DNA of 64,000 bases from Mytilus californianus. Its lineage: Eukaryota. The position numbers and the translations under genes are program-made. Each line of letters opens with the position of its first letter. Position 1 is the first letter of the stretch. This document shows positions 14,441-26,500 of the stretch, piece after piece. Below the pieces are notes generated by a model. The model was not told the DNA's origin and did no database searches. It saw nothing but the letters and a program-made list of their open reading frames with translations. The DNA lies in NCBI RefSeq assembly GCF_021869535.1, contig NW_026262734.1, positions 24,118,001 to 24,182,000 on the forward strand, read 5' to 3'.

Positions 14441-15120
14441 CAGTCAGGGGTACTACTTGTACAAGTAATTTTTATTAATGAAGAAGTAAATATTAATATA
14501 CTTATATAAGTAAATTTGTAGGATACTTATACAAGTGTATTTTATTTACTTGTATAGGTAAAATAAAATTGGGCTTAGTCATGTTAGTTATGTCCCTTAG
14601 ACATTCAGATTTGTTTTACTTGTATAAGTAAAAAAGTCATCCTATCTTCTTTTCTTGAATTCTTAGGACTTCTTTGCACTAAAAGAATTTTTAATTGTCT
14701 GTCCTTTGCAGATGTCTTTACTAATCATTTAAGTGTAATTTCATGGACAATGAAAATCTCATTTGTCTGTTATCTTCAGAACACTGCTCATTTACAAGCC
14801 CCCAAGGAGCAATTTTTGAAGGCCTTGCGCAAATACCTGAGATCTTTGTGCAATCAGTTTCTTTGTTGAATAAATGAGATGAAACATTGGACTCTAATAA
14901 AAAATTATGAGCTAACACGAGAAAAATTGTTAAAGGAATGTTTTTACATCTCAAAACTTGAGAATTTTTGTGGGATTGTAAAAAAAAATTACTTATACAA
15001 GTAAATTTTTGAGAAAATTAAGGGGAGACTATTCAAACATTATAATTAACTTATATAAGTATATTTTATTTACTTCTTCAAGTAAATAAAGATTACTTGT
15101 ACAAGTAGTACTCCTGACTG
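14441..15120. mobile_element. MITE with long TIRs, CAG...CTG termini and apparent 5-bp TSD
   Basis: CAGTCAGGGGTACTACTTGTACAAGTAAT... / ...ATTACTTGTACAAGTAGTACTCCTGACTG; AACAA directly flanks both ends. Confidence 0.85.
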
Positions 15121-15521
15121 AACAATGCTATTACTTAACACACTATTTAGTATGTAAATATTAAAAAGTAACCATTGCAGGGATTATAATTGGTTATATT
15201 TTTTTTTAAATTCATGATTGAATATATATGCATCTCTGTTGAATAATGTTGGAATTTATGGTGGAATAAATACTGGTTTTATTGCCCAGATTATCACCAC
15301 CCTCCCATCACTTGATTAAAGAATACTTCAATAATGATATATTTTTCATTTGAAACAAAAAGAAATTTTTTTTTAAGAACAATTTCTGCTTCATAAATTT
15401 GAACAAAATTTTCTAAGTTCAATTTCCTCCTAAGAAACTTGAACAAAATCTAAATTCATCTCTAGAGTAACAGAAATCCTGTTAACTCAACAGGAAAATA
15501 GTAAACATTTCGCCTATGGTT

Positions 15522-15778
15522 TATGATACTTAAGACAGATTTTTTTCTACATTCCATGTCGCCTTAATTCTGTCTGAAAGTCTTTATTTTTAAGTGGATA
15601 TTGCGCCTCTATCCTGCTAATTTTAAGCGGCATCCTCATAATATTTTCAGTTAATGATACTTAAGACAGATTTTTTTCCATATTCCATGTCGCCTTAATT
15701 CTGTTTGAAAGTCTTAATTTTTAAGTGGATTGTGCCTCTATCCTGCTAATTTTAAGCGGAATCCACCTAATATTTTCA
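15522..15778. repeat. Tandem duplication of an approx. 130-bp unit (2 copies)
   Basis: atgatacttaagacagatttttt...cctctatcctgctaattttaagcgg...taatattttca appears twice in tandem. Confidence 0.85.
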
Positions 15779-15883
15779 TATGGGATACTTCACATTGTGT
15801 TTTAGAATTTAGTAAATCGTACCAAAGGCAAAATAAAGCCAATATAGTTGCGGTTAAATAACTCGAGTGGAATCAAAGTCACT

Positions 15884-16469
15884 AAGGTTCATGTGGTCCC
15901 TTTGGCTAAAATGGCTGCGTTTTCACCCCAATATTTACTCTGAGCACAGACTAACCTGTGCATCTGGAAAAGTTTCAAGGCATAGCAATAGATAAATAGA
16001 TAAATAAAATTCAAATGCATTTTATGTTTTAGAAAATTTAAAACTTAACTGGATTTTGCTGTGGACTTTTTTTTCGTCCATGCAGAAGATGATTAAATTA
16101 ACAAACAGTTGAGTTTCACTTGATACATGTAGGTACACAGTTTAAATCACTAATTATTGTCAGGTATCTATTGTCCTTCTATTGTTCATGTCAATCAATA
16201 CAGTTCACTTCAATTATTACCTGTGGGGAAGTTCTCAAACCTCTTTCCCAACTTTGTTTATTTTGGCATCTTCTGGAGGAATGAAAAAAAGTGCACTGCA
16301 AAATCTGGTTAAGTTTTTAATTTTCTAAAAGAGAAAATATGTTTGAATTTTATTTATCTAGAGCATGCTATGCCTTAAAATTTTTCCAGATACTCAGGTT
16401 TGTCTGTACTCAGAATAATTTCTGAGGTGAAAATGCAGCCATTTTAGCTAAAGGGTCCACATGAACCTT
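15884..16469. mobile_element. MITE with approx. 130-bp TIRs at a (T/C)TAA site (Kolobok-like)
   Basis: AAGGTTCATGTGGTCCCTTTGGCTAAAATGGCTGC... mirrored by ...GCAGCCATTTTAGCTAAAGGGTCCACATGAACCTT; superfamily assignment is inference. Confidence 0.75.
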
Positions 16470-17114
16470 AAGGTTTCCTGCAAGCTGTAGTCTAATTTAA
16501 ACTTAGTTTAAAGTGTATTAGAGAAGGATGGCAATGTTACACTGACGTCTCATATATACACGTGGAGAGTGAACATCTCCTCACCAGAGCAACTCCTGAT
16601 CATTAGTTTTGATTAATTTGAATAAAAACTTATTACTTCCAAAGATGTATGTAATGAAATGGTATTGAAGAAAATTTGAATGCATAAATAATCATAAAAT
16701 ATATATAAAGGGAGTTGAAATCTGAATTTGTTTATAGTTACATTAATAAAGCTACTTTGTATTTTAGCATGTCTAGATCAATTAAGTAAACATTAAATAA
16801 ACATTTAATTAATGAAATACTAATTTGGAACTATTAAAGCGAGACCATCAAAAGCCAATTCATTACAAGTCACTAAAGTCGAGTGCACCCTTGAAGGTGT
16901 ACTTGAATACGTCCATATTTGTACTAGTTTTAACTAATATCTTCATTCAAAAACTTGTTTTAGGGAAATCATTGCTAGCACTGCATGCAGTAATACCCTA
17001 TCTGTTAAGTACAGAATTGTCAAACATAAGAGTGCAAGGGGTAATACTGTCGATTTTTTTTTTATAAAATTCCCATATGTTTAGCATTGAAGCAACAAAA
17101 GGGTACATTATCCT

Positions 17115-17392
17115 TAAGGGAGCAAAAATTTTGTCCTGCTTTTTTTTTTAATTGTAATTTCTGTCTTGCCTTTTTATTTTTTACTCTATTCAGTCCTGCC
17201 TTTTTTTTTACTAGTTTATCCTGCCTTTTTTTACACAAATTGTCATCCTGCCTTTTTTTTTACCAAGTTGCTCATCCTGCCTTTTTTTTTACTCAAAACT
17301 CCTGTCCTGCCTATTTTTTTCAAATTTCTTCCTACCCCCCCCCCCCCTCCCCCCCCCCCCCTCCCCATAAAAATCAAATGGTAGCTCCCTAA
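17115..17392. mobile_element. Short MITE with TAAGGGAGC / GCTCCCTAA ends, internal CCTGC(T)n repeats and a poly-C run
   Basis: Terminal inverted 9-mers, several CCTGC-T-run units; explains the poly-Pro and poly-Gly ORFs in the track. Confidence 0.6.
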
Positions 17393-17504
17393 GGTGATAA
17401 ACCTTAAAGTCCCATTATGAACTATAAATGACAAAATGTATGATTTGGATAAATCATTTATATTAACATATTTTATTTATTGTGTTTTATTTTTCTTTAG
17501 AGCT

Positions 17505-20500
17505 ATGCAAGAAGAAGACAATAATGTTGACAAAGAGGACCAGGTTGATGACAGATTTAATTTAAGTAGAAAGATATTTGTTGGAAACATAAGTTACAGG
17601 GTTAGTTATATTTATTTATAAATGTGTATCACTTACACTAGACATGCTAGATATTGAAGGAAATGGTATTTTCTAAAAAGATTTATCTTCTATGGTTAGG
17701 ATTAATCTTTAGGATCCAGCTGATTGATCATCAGTAGGCCGATACTTTCAGTAATGAGCTTATTCCTGCATCCATTCCTGTGTGGGTATGTTTGTTAATC
17801 ACCCCCGTGAATGCAACTCCTCTGAAACTGTTTGACAGAAATCTCTAACATTTGGTAGGGTTGTCTGCCATCATGTGTACATGGACACATAGATTCCGCC
17901 TTTGGCAAAACCATGAAATAAAATATCCATGAAAATGCAAGTTTCCCTCAATCCAGGAAAATTGGCACCTACAAAAACAAATGAATCTAATGTAAGTAAG
18001 AACAACTGATCTTCACACCAAAAATACTGACAAACACCAGTTTCTCTGAAGAGTTGTCACCCAAATACTGCTCCATGAGTATTCTTTACAGTCAAGCCAT
18101 CCTCCCGTACTTGATAAATCTGCTCCTCAGAATCCAAATGTATCTACTGTTTGGTACAACCAAGAAAGCAACTAAAATCAAGAGAATGCAAAAACAAAAA
18201 AATTACAGATGCATTTTCATAGAAAGAAAACGACTGAAAGAACCTCCTAGTGTACAAAGATATAAAGTTCCAAAAATAATTACTGGTATGAATATAATCA
18301 TGTAATATACAATAGAGAATGGAAAAGGGGAATGTGTGAAAGAAAGAGGCAGCAATCCGACTAAAGAGCAGAAAACAGTATATATGATCGAAACTGTACA
18401 AACTAGCTTTCGGCTAGGCAATGAAACGTTTTCTAGAAATAGTTTATTTTAACTTTATGCCAAAGTAAAAGAAGATAATTATCATATTTTTACAGGATGT
18501 TTAAATTCATAACAAAACTTTATCCTTATTATCTAAAATTTCCCTATCATCTTTTTGTGTTATTATTATTTTCTATCTCATGCTATTGATCTGAGTTAGA
18601 TGTTTTTTTGGCAGTTGATAGAAAGAGGATGTCATAATGTCAAGAGTTAGATGGGTTTTTGGCAGTCGATAGATAGAGGATGTCATAATGTCAAGAGTTA
18701 GATGGGTTTTTGGCAGTCAATAGAAAGAGGATGTCATAATGTCAAGAGTTAGATGGGTTTTTGGCAGTCAATAGAAAGATGATGTCATAATGTCAAGAGT
18801 TAGATGGATATTTGGCAGTCAATAGAAAGAGGATGTCATAATGTCAAGAGTTAGATGGGTTTTTGGCAGTCAATAGAAAGAGGATGTCATAATGTCAAGA
18901 GCCATTCATCATTGGTATTACCTGGGATAAAAGAAATAAAACAATTATTTCTGTTTTATTAAACTTGTTAGCCTTTCTAGAGAGAATGATGAGAAAATGT
19001 ATCTCATTTAAACCAAGGATGTATATTAGTTATACGTCCTTGTTTAAACAAAAAAATTTTATAATCTATAAATCTGTTACAGGTAACACAAAAGAGATTG
19101 ACAAAGTTTTTCTCCAAATTTGGTAAAGTGGATTATTGTTACATGGTTAAAGACCATATACGGAAACGACCTAAAGGGTAAGTTGTGAAACAGTGTACTG
19201 GAGTATTTGAGATTGCATTGTATTGTACACTTCAGTGTTATCTCTCTTTATACTCTCATTCAAAATACATTTCACAGTGGTTCTTTGAGAAATCAAACTG
19301 GACATTTGGTCCAGTAAACCATTCTTCTTAACTGTACCAGACTTTTTTTTTACAGGACATTAACACATATGATTTGGACAAAATTAAAAATTTTACTAGT
19401 CATTTCGTCCAGTTATGCATATATCACTTAACTGGACCAAGCCAATTTTTACTGGTCTTTGTCCCATGTCTGGCGACCTTGGGAATGACTGATTTCATAG
19501 AATTTATCGGATAACCAAAGGCTACATGTATGTCCAAAATCACATGAGCACAATAACCTTCAGTATTTTAACCAAAACTTGTTATTTCTATGCTTCACTT
19601 ACTGCATAGGGTGGTACTAGAAGTAAAATAAATGCAAGATTTTATATTTATCACTATTTTCTGAAGTTTTGCTTTGAACTTTCTGTATGATAATTATTCT
19701 TCTCCATCAACTGAGAATGAATTTTCTTATGTGAATAGAGTTAGAATTAATTTTCTTATGTGAGTAGAGTGAGAATGAATTTTCTCATGTGAGTAGAGTG
19801 AGAATGAATTGTCTCGTGTGAATAGAGTGAGAACACAATGACGTTATGAGCCAACATCAATGACGTCTCCGAGAAAGAATATGATAAACAAATGATCTAT
19901 GATCTTTCAACTTCAAAGTTTATCAACTACATCTCATCTGAAGGCTTGGCTCTATTGCCCTACGATGAGATTCCAGCCAAGAAAATCCCTCATATTTTAA
20001 AAAAACAATAGACACTTTTTATAAGTATTGTTTCATAGTGATGTAAAGAAAGCATTAGTAAGAATCACATTTGTAATGGTGCTGTCCTTAGTTCATTAAG
20101 AATGTTCTGCAGTCTTAATGGTAATTGCTAAATTAAAGAGATACATTAAAATCTGTGTTTATTTAATTACAGAATAGCATTTGTAACATTTAGTTCTACA
20201 AAAGATCTTAAGATTGCATTGAATGCCTCAGAAGAGCAGTTAACTTTGGATGGAAGGTAATTTTTGCAGGGATGATATTCATATTAGGATTTATTGCAAT
20301 GTGGAAATCTTTAAAAATTCCACGGGGGCCTTACATTTTAACATAAACTTCACAAGAAATTGTAATAAATCAGTATTAACACGTGACAAAATTTACCAAA
20401 CTGCCAAAAACCAATCCCTTTGGGATGTCAAGCAGGCTGGTATTCAAGGAACTATTTTGCAGCACTACAGTAGGCATAAAAGAAATGTTAAATTACAATA

Positions 20501-23500
20501 TTCTTTGATACAGGATTATTATTATTAAGTAATTCTTTCCATGTTGTTTTTTAATGTCTCTAATACTGATATTTAAAACAAAATTAATTGTGTATCCTTC
20601 TCTAAACCATTATTTTTAGACTGATTGAATTACATTTATCATGTTTATAATAAGGAGGGGTGTAATAATAACTTAACTAATTAAGCTCTTCCATATGTAC
20701 ATGTGTGTGTCTAGTGTCAATATAACGGTGGTTTTTTAAATATCTTAATGTTATTTGTCCATTAAAAGCATGGTGTTATGAATGGTTAAGTCTCTTTTAA
20801 AGGAGAATTGGCCCAAATCCCAAATGTATTTCAAATTATCTCTAGTTTGCAGAATCAAATGTTGAATCTATGTAATTTAATAAAACATTAAATTTTTGGT
20901 TTGAAATAGACCCTTTTCAATGTCATACAGCCATAGAATTTACAAAAATTTCAGCAAAATAGCTAAATTACTCAAAATTTTGACTATTTGATTTTCACGT
21001 GCTCACAAATACCATAGAGCACAACCTTTGCCTCAAAAGTTAATTACTCAGTAAGTATATTTTGTGCAAATCTATCCACTAACAAACAAACAACTTTTTG
21101 GCGACCCTTGTGCTGTTTGTTAATTCAGTCAAAATATTTTTGAAATTAACATAATTTTCCTAAATTAAAAAAAAAAATCCCTTATGACATAACAGACAAA
21201 TTGTGTTCGCCAAGACTGGGAAATATTCACATTTTCTTGGCCTTTCTTTTGAAGCTTAAAGAATTGGATTAATGTTGAGTTGTATACAAATTTTTATTTT
21301 CAGTATAAAATTAACAGGGCTAAACTTGCTATATAAGTCCCAAACATTAATGTATTTCTCCTTTATTCACATCTTGTCTAGACAACAGACTTCAGACAAT
21401 TTAATGCTTGATGTAAGGTATATATAGACATACGTTATTGAATTATACCCCAATATCTCCTTTTATTTATGCTGCGTTTTTAAAGACAGCATTCATATCA
21501 TTTTTGGTTTTGTTTTATTGTTTTCTTGCTGTCTCAAAGACTTCTTATACTTCTTGTCTTATATTAGTGAAAAAGGAATAATATGATATATTATGTTCAT
21601 ATTATCAGTATTATTTAACAAGTAAAAACAGCAATCAATAATCAGTTAAAATATCAAACTTTAGTTTTTTGAGAATGCAAAATTAATCACATAAAATTTT
21701 TGTTACAGACACATTGATGCATCAAATTGCATGCTATTTTGTATTTGCAGGTTGATGAGAGTGTTGTGTGCTGAAGAGTCCAGCAGAGTAAAACACAGGG
21801 AAGGAACTGTCTGGGATAGTCCAAGTCTAGTAAGTTTCTGATTTTTGTTAGGTCAACTTTTCCAAAGGGTCAAGTGAGCTTTTCTCATTAGTCCTTGTTA
21901 TTTGTTAACTTTTACAAAAATCTTCTCTTCTGAAAGTACTGTTTCAATTGGAACCGAACTTGGTCACAATCATCCTTAGGGTACTTAGTTAAAAAAAAAG
22001 TATGTGTGATGATCCCCCCTGCCAACTAACATGGCTGCTAATGGGTAGTCAAAGTCTACTGAAAGTCGTTAAACACCTATGTGTATCTTAAAAAAACTAC
22101 TTTCCAACATTGTAGACTATAATATAGTTCATGACGAAATTATCTTTTTTAATGATGTTGTATTGCTGATAATTATTTTCTGTTTACAGTTTCTCACTAT
22201 CTTCTGTTGATTTGTTCTAATTTTTAGCATGGCAGCCACAAAAATGTTGCCAAAACAACAAGTACTGATAAAAATTCATCTGTTTTATTTTCAGGCGGAA
22301 AATGTTGAAAAATTGGCCGTCAGTGATGATTTTGCAGATCACAATGACAATAAAGAAACATCAGAATGTCTCTCTGAATGTCATATAAATAAACTTTGTG
22401 ATGACACTCTGATATTGATCATGTCTATGTTACCATGGAGACAAAGAATGTGTTTAGAAAGAGTATGTAAAAGGTGGCTGATTTTAGCACAGAGGTCCTG
22501 GCATAAACAAGGCTCCATACATTTTCAGTCTGTGTTCAAAAGATTTGACGGTAAGCATAATAATGGGGTTTTTTTTCAGAATATATCTATATTTTCCCTT
22601 TAACTGAAAAAATTATTTGGTTGTTTTAGGTTTATGGTTGTAAAAACAAATTTTGTTGTTTATCTTAGGTGTTTTTTTTGGAATGCAAAGTTTACCATTA
22701 TTAGATTGAAATATAAATAAAAACAGATAGATGTGGGGCAAACATCAATGAGACAGTTATCCAACAACACAAACAATTCATAAGATGTGTTTAATTTTTA
22801 TACCCCAGCCATCCAGTAGCCAGGGCAGTTGTTGTTAACTATGTACATCCTTCTGTCATTGTGAATCCATCTATTGTCCAGATATATTTTAGTTTTATTG
22901 AAACCAGTTGCTTGATTTTTTTAAACAGAGAACAAAAGTGTTGACATTTGTGTTCATGTATTTCAGCAAAAAACATAAGAACAAAATAACAAAAAACATA
23001 AGAACAAAATAACAAAAAACATAAGAACAAACAAGGCAATAATGAAATATTCCGTAGTAGAAAGATGTGGTTTATTTTTTTAATTTTAGGTTCGACAGAT
23101 ACCAAGTTGTGTTCTGTAGTATTCACTATTCAGATGTGGTTTCTTTATGTTTAACAGATTCCAAGTTTTGTTCAGCATGTTCAGTTCTAGTGTTTTACCA
23201 TACCATGTCAAGACAACATCCGGTATTAGAAAAATGTGGTTTTTAAAAACAAAAGTAAAGTTTCTGATTGCGTGATTTTGTATTATTAATTCTAAAACAG
23301 ATTTGAGTATGCTGATGTTGCACAGTGTGAATTGTGCACTGTCAATGTAACAGTTTACATCAGAACATCAAATTTATATCAAAAGTTTGAAGTTTAATAT
23401 TGTTTTTGTGTCAATCATTGTTATGATTTCCAAATTATTGAATTTTTCTACTAATTAGTCTTACAGGATTACATTCGAAATAAAAAAATGTATTGCTGGC

Positions 23501-26500
23501 TCAAATATTTTCAGGAAGCACTGAGTTAGATGTGGTTTATTTTTAGGTTTAACAGATACCAAGCTGTGTTCAGTCCTTGTAAGATGTGGAGTATATTTAA
23601 GAACACTGGATATGTCAGCATCACCAAGACTTCTCACAGACATGTCCATGGACATTATAGGTGAAACACTATATCTATACAACATTTGTTTGTGCATACC
23701 TTGCAAACAAAGCTATTAATGTCAAACTTGTTATTATAAATTATGTCAGTGTTGTTAATGTAATTTGAGTCAATAATAAGAGATATGATAAGCCTATGGC
23801 TATACTTTAGCTTTCAATATTATTTGATATTAAAATTAGAAATTTCCAAACTTTTGCAAAGAATTTCATAAGATTGCACAAAAGCCTTCTATAAATATTT
23901 TAATAGCAAAAAAGAGCAAAACTATGAATAGAAAATATTCAAAATTTTGATGAGAAAATTGATTAACCTGTATTTATTTCTAACCGTAAGAAGTAAAAGG
24001 CAAATTTTTCAAAATAGAGCAGACTATTAAAATGAACATATTTTTTTCATTCATTTTCGTCAGCTGAATAGACAAAAGCAAATATTTATAATGGAATATA
24101 CATGAATGGCCAATTAAATTTCCTTAATTTCCCTACACTCAAATAATGTACCAATTCTTTTGGTATGTAATATATAAAATATTATGGTCTTATTTTTATA
24201 GATGAAAAATGTCATTATATCTTTTTTTACATTTTTGAAACCATTTGATGGTATCTAGTTTTATGACATCTTCAACAACATCAAAAATAATGTAATTATA
24301 TTCCCTGTTATATTGTGACATATAAATTTGGAATCTATAAATGAAGTGATAAATGAGTAGAAATTTAAAGAATTTAACATATTTGTATGTTTTCTTTTTA
24401 TGCAATACAGCTGAACATTGTCCTAATCTGGAGGTCGTAGATTTATCTGGTATGGCTGTTACTGATATATCCCTAAGATCACTGGCACACAAGTGTATAA
24501 AGTTAAAGGTAAGATTGTGTAAACAAACTAATAAGTAGTGATTTATTTACATGATGGTTGTGAGTAGATAAATAACATAAATATAAATCGTTGTGGATGT
24601 GTCAAAACTGTATCTTCTCTTTTTAAAGTGCATCAAGAAAGTTAGCAAATCACTTAAGTAAATCAACACTTAGTCACTAAAGCAATACTTTTATCGCCGG
24701 AGGACATTTTAGCGCAAGATTTTTAACCCACTTTTGCGAAAAGTGAACTCAACAATGTGAACCGATTAATCCTCCTCTAAAATGGGCTATCGAGCATACA
24801 TGTGAACAGATAAATCCTCCTCTAAAATGGGCTAGCGAGCATACATGTGAACAGATAAATCCTCCTCTAAAATGGGCTATCGAGCATACATGTGAACAGA
24901 TAAATCCTCCTCTAAAATGGGCTATTGAGCATACATGTGAACAGATAAATCCTCCTCTAAAATGGGCTATTGAACATACATGTGAATGGATTATTCCTCC
25001 TCTAAAATGGGCTATTGAACATACATGTGAATGGATTATTCCTCCTCTAAAATGGGCTATTGAACATACATGTGAACGGATTAATCCTCCTCTAAAATGG
25101 GCTATCATGTCTGAGCTAACATGTTCCCTAGTAGTTCAAAATTTTTCGCTAAAATGTCCTGTGGCCACTTGTATACCTGGAAGCTTTATTGTTATTAGTC
25201 AGAGAGTAAAATATCTAAGTTGGCTGGCAATCTAAAAATCATAATATCAGAAATTTATTTAAAGCAAAAGATTTTTGGGTATATAACAAATCTGTTATCA
25301 TATTAGCAATTATATAAAGTCATGTCTTTAGCTTTTACGAAAAAGTCTAACTGAAAAAAATATAAAATAAAAAATCATCATTAAAAATACTTCATACCAA
25401 ATACAATATTCCACTATAGAACTTTTAGCAATTAACAATTACTTTTTCTTTTCTTTTTATTTATAGTCTGTTTGCCTACAGAGATGTTTTCATGTCAGTG
25501 ATAAAGGGTGAGTACGATAAATATGTCAATACAGTTACAAAACAAGGTCAAGGATTGTTGACAGAAATTCTTAAATGGTTTTGTAAACGTTTTAATAGGG
25601 CATACAGTGTACTAAAATATAAATCTTTTGTTCAATTAAAACATATAAGCCCATTTTTTCATAATATAGATGATAACATTACTAATATATTAGAATTATT
25701 TGTAGTTTCTGTGTTCTTATAAAGGCTAATTCAGACATTGATTATAGATGCATTGAAAATGTTATAAATGTAAAATACAGGGCTTCCAAAATTATTTTTA
25801 GCCAGCCGGACATTTTATATATTATCCCGATTTTAATCCCTTAAGACTAAATAAATAAAAGGCAATTATGGTACTCAGTTGCCGAGTTGGCCATCCCAAT
25901 GATTGACATTAAAAAAAAAAACGATATTAAACTTTCTTTGATTCAAATTCGAAGTTCTTACGTAAACTATTTAATTGGCAGTGCATCATTCGAAGTGTGC
26001 AACATCAGCGTACTTATATCTGCTTAGACTCTTTATTTGTGCAAAATAACGTTGTCAAAAACTTTACTTTCGTTTTTTAAATCTAAACCGGATGTTATCT
26101 TGACAATGGTAAAACATGGACCAGAGACGGATACGTAAATTCCATGTACGTTTGCAAAGCATGAATGAGTGTAAGTAGCTCATTCTATGTTATTTCTTCA
26201 AGAAAATATTCGAAATAAACGTGAGATAAAGGTATCAATGACAATTTAAGCATTTTTTGAAGAAATTAGGATGCATAATTAAATTTCACACCTGCGCACA
26301 TGCGCACACGTGTACTAGTTCAAACAGAGACATGTCTCTGGTTCAAACAACGTGGTTATGACGATTTTTCATTTTCACCTTTTTAATTTTTTCATCAAAT
26401 CATATTTGTAAACGTATTTCTGATAATTTAAATCTTTTTAACTAAATTAATTAGATGCAAACCGCTGAAATGTAAGAAAATAACTTTGAATAGACCGATC

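Noticed and set aside
17087-17434. Poly-Pro / poly-Gly ORFs
   Set aside because: They arise from the poly-C run and T-rich repeats of a MITE.
18594-18901. 51-bp array as a coding repeat or CRISPR-like array
   Set aside because: The unit has stops in all six frames, there are no unique spacers, and the context is eukaryotic.
23461-23706. Minus-strand ORF with protein-like text
   Set aside because: It is the antisense shadow of plus-strand exon 6 (23547-23660).
24749-25108. 119-aa ORF of repeated SIAHFRGG..SHVC units (His/Cys-rich, looks like a metal-binding repeat)
   Set aside because: It is the stop-free frame of a 45-bp (multiple of 3) array inside a TIR element in an intron, with no splice or promoter support.
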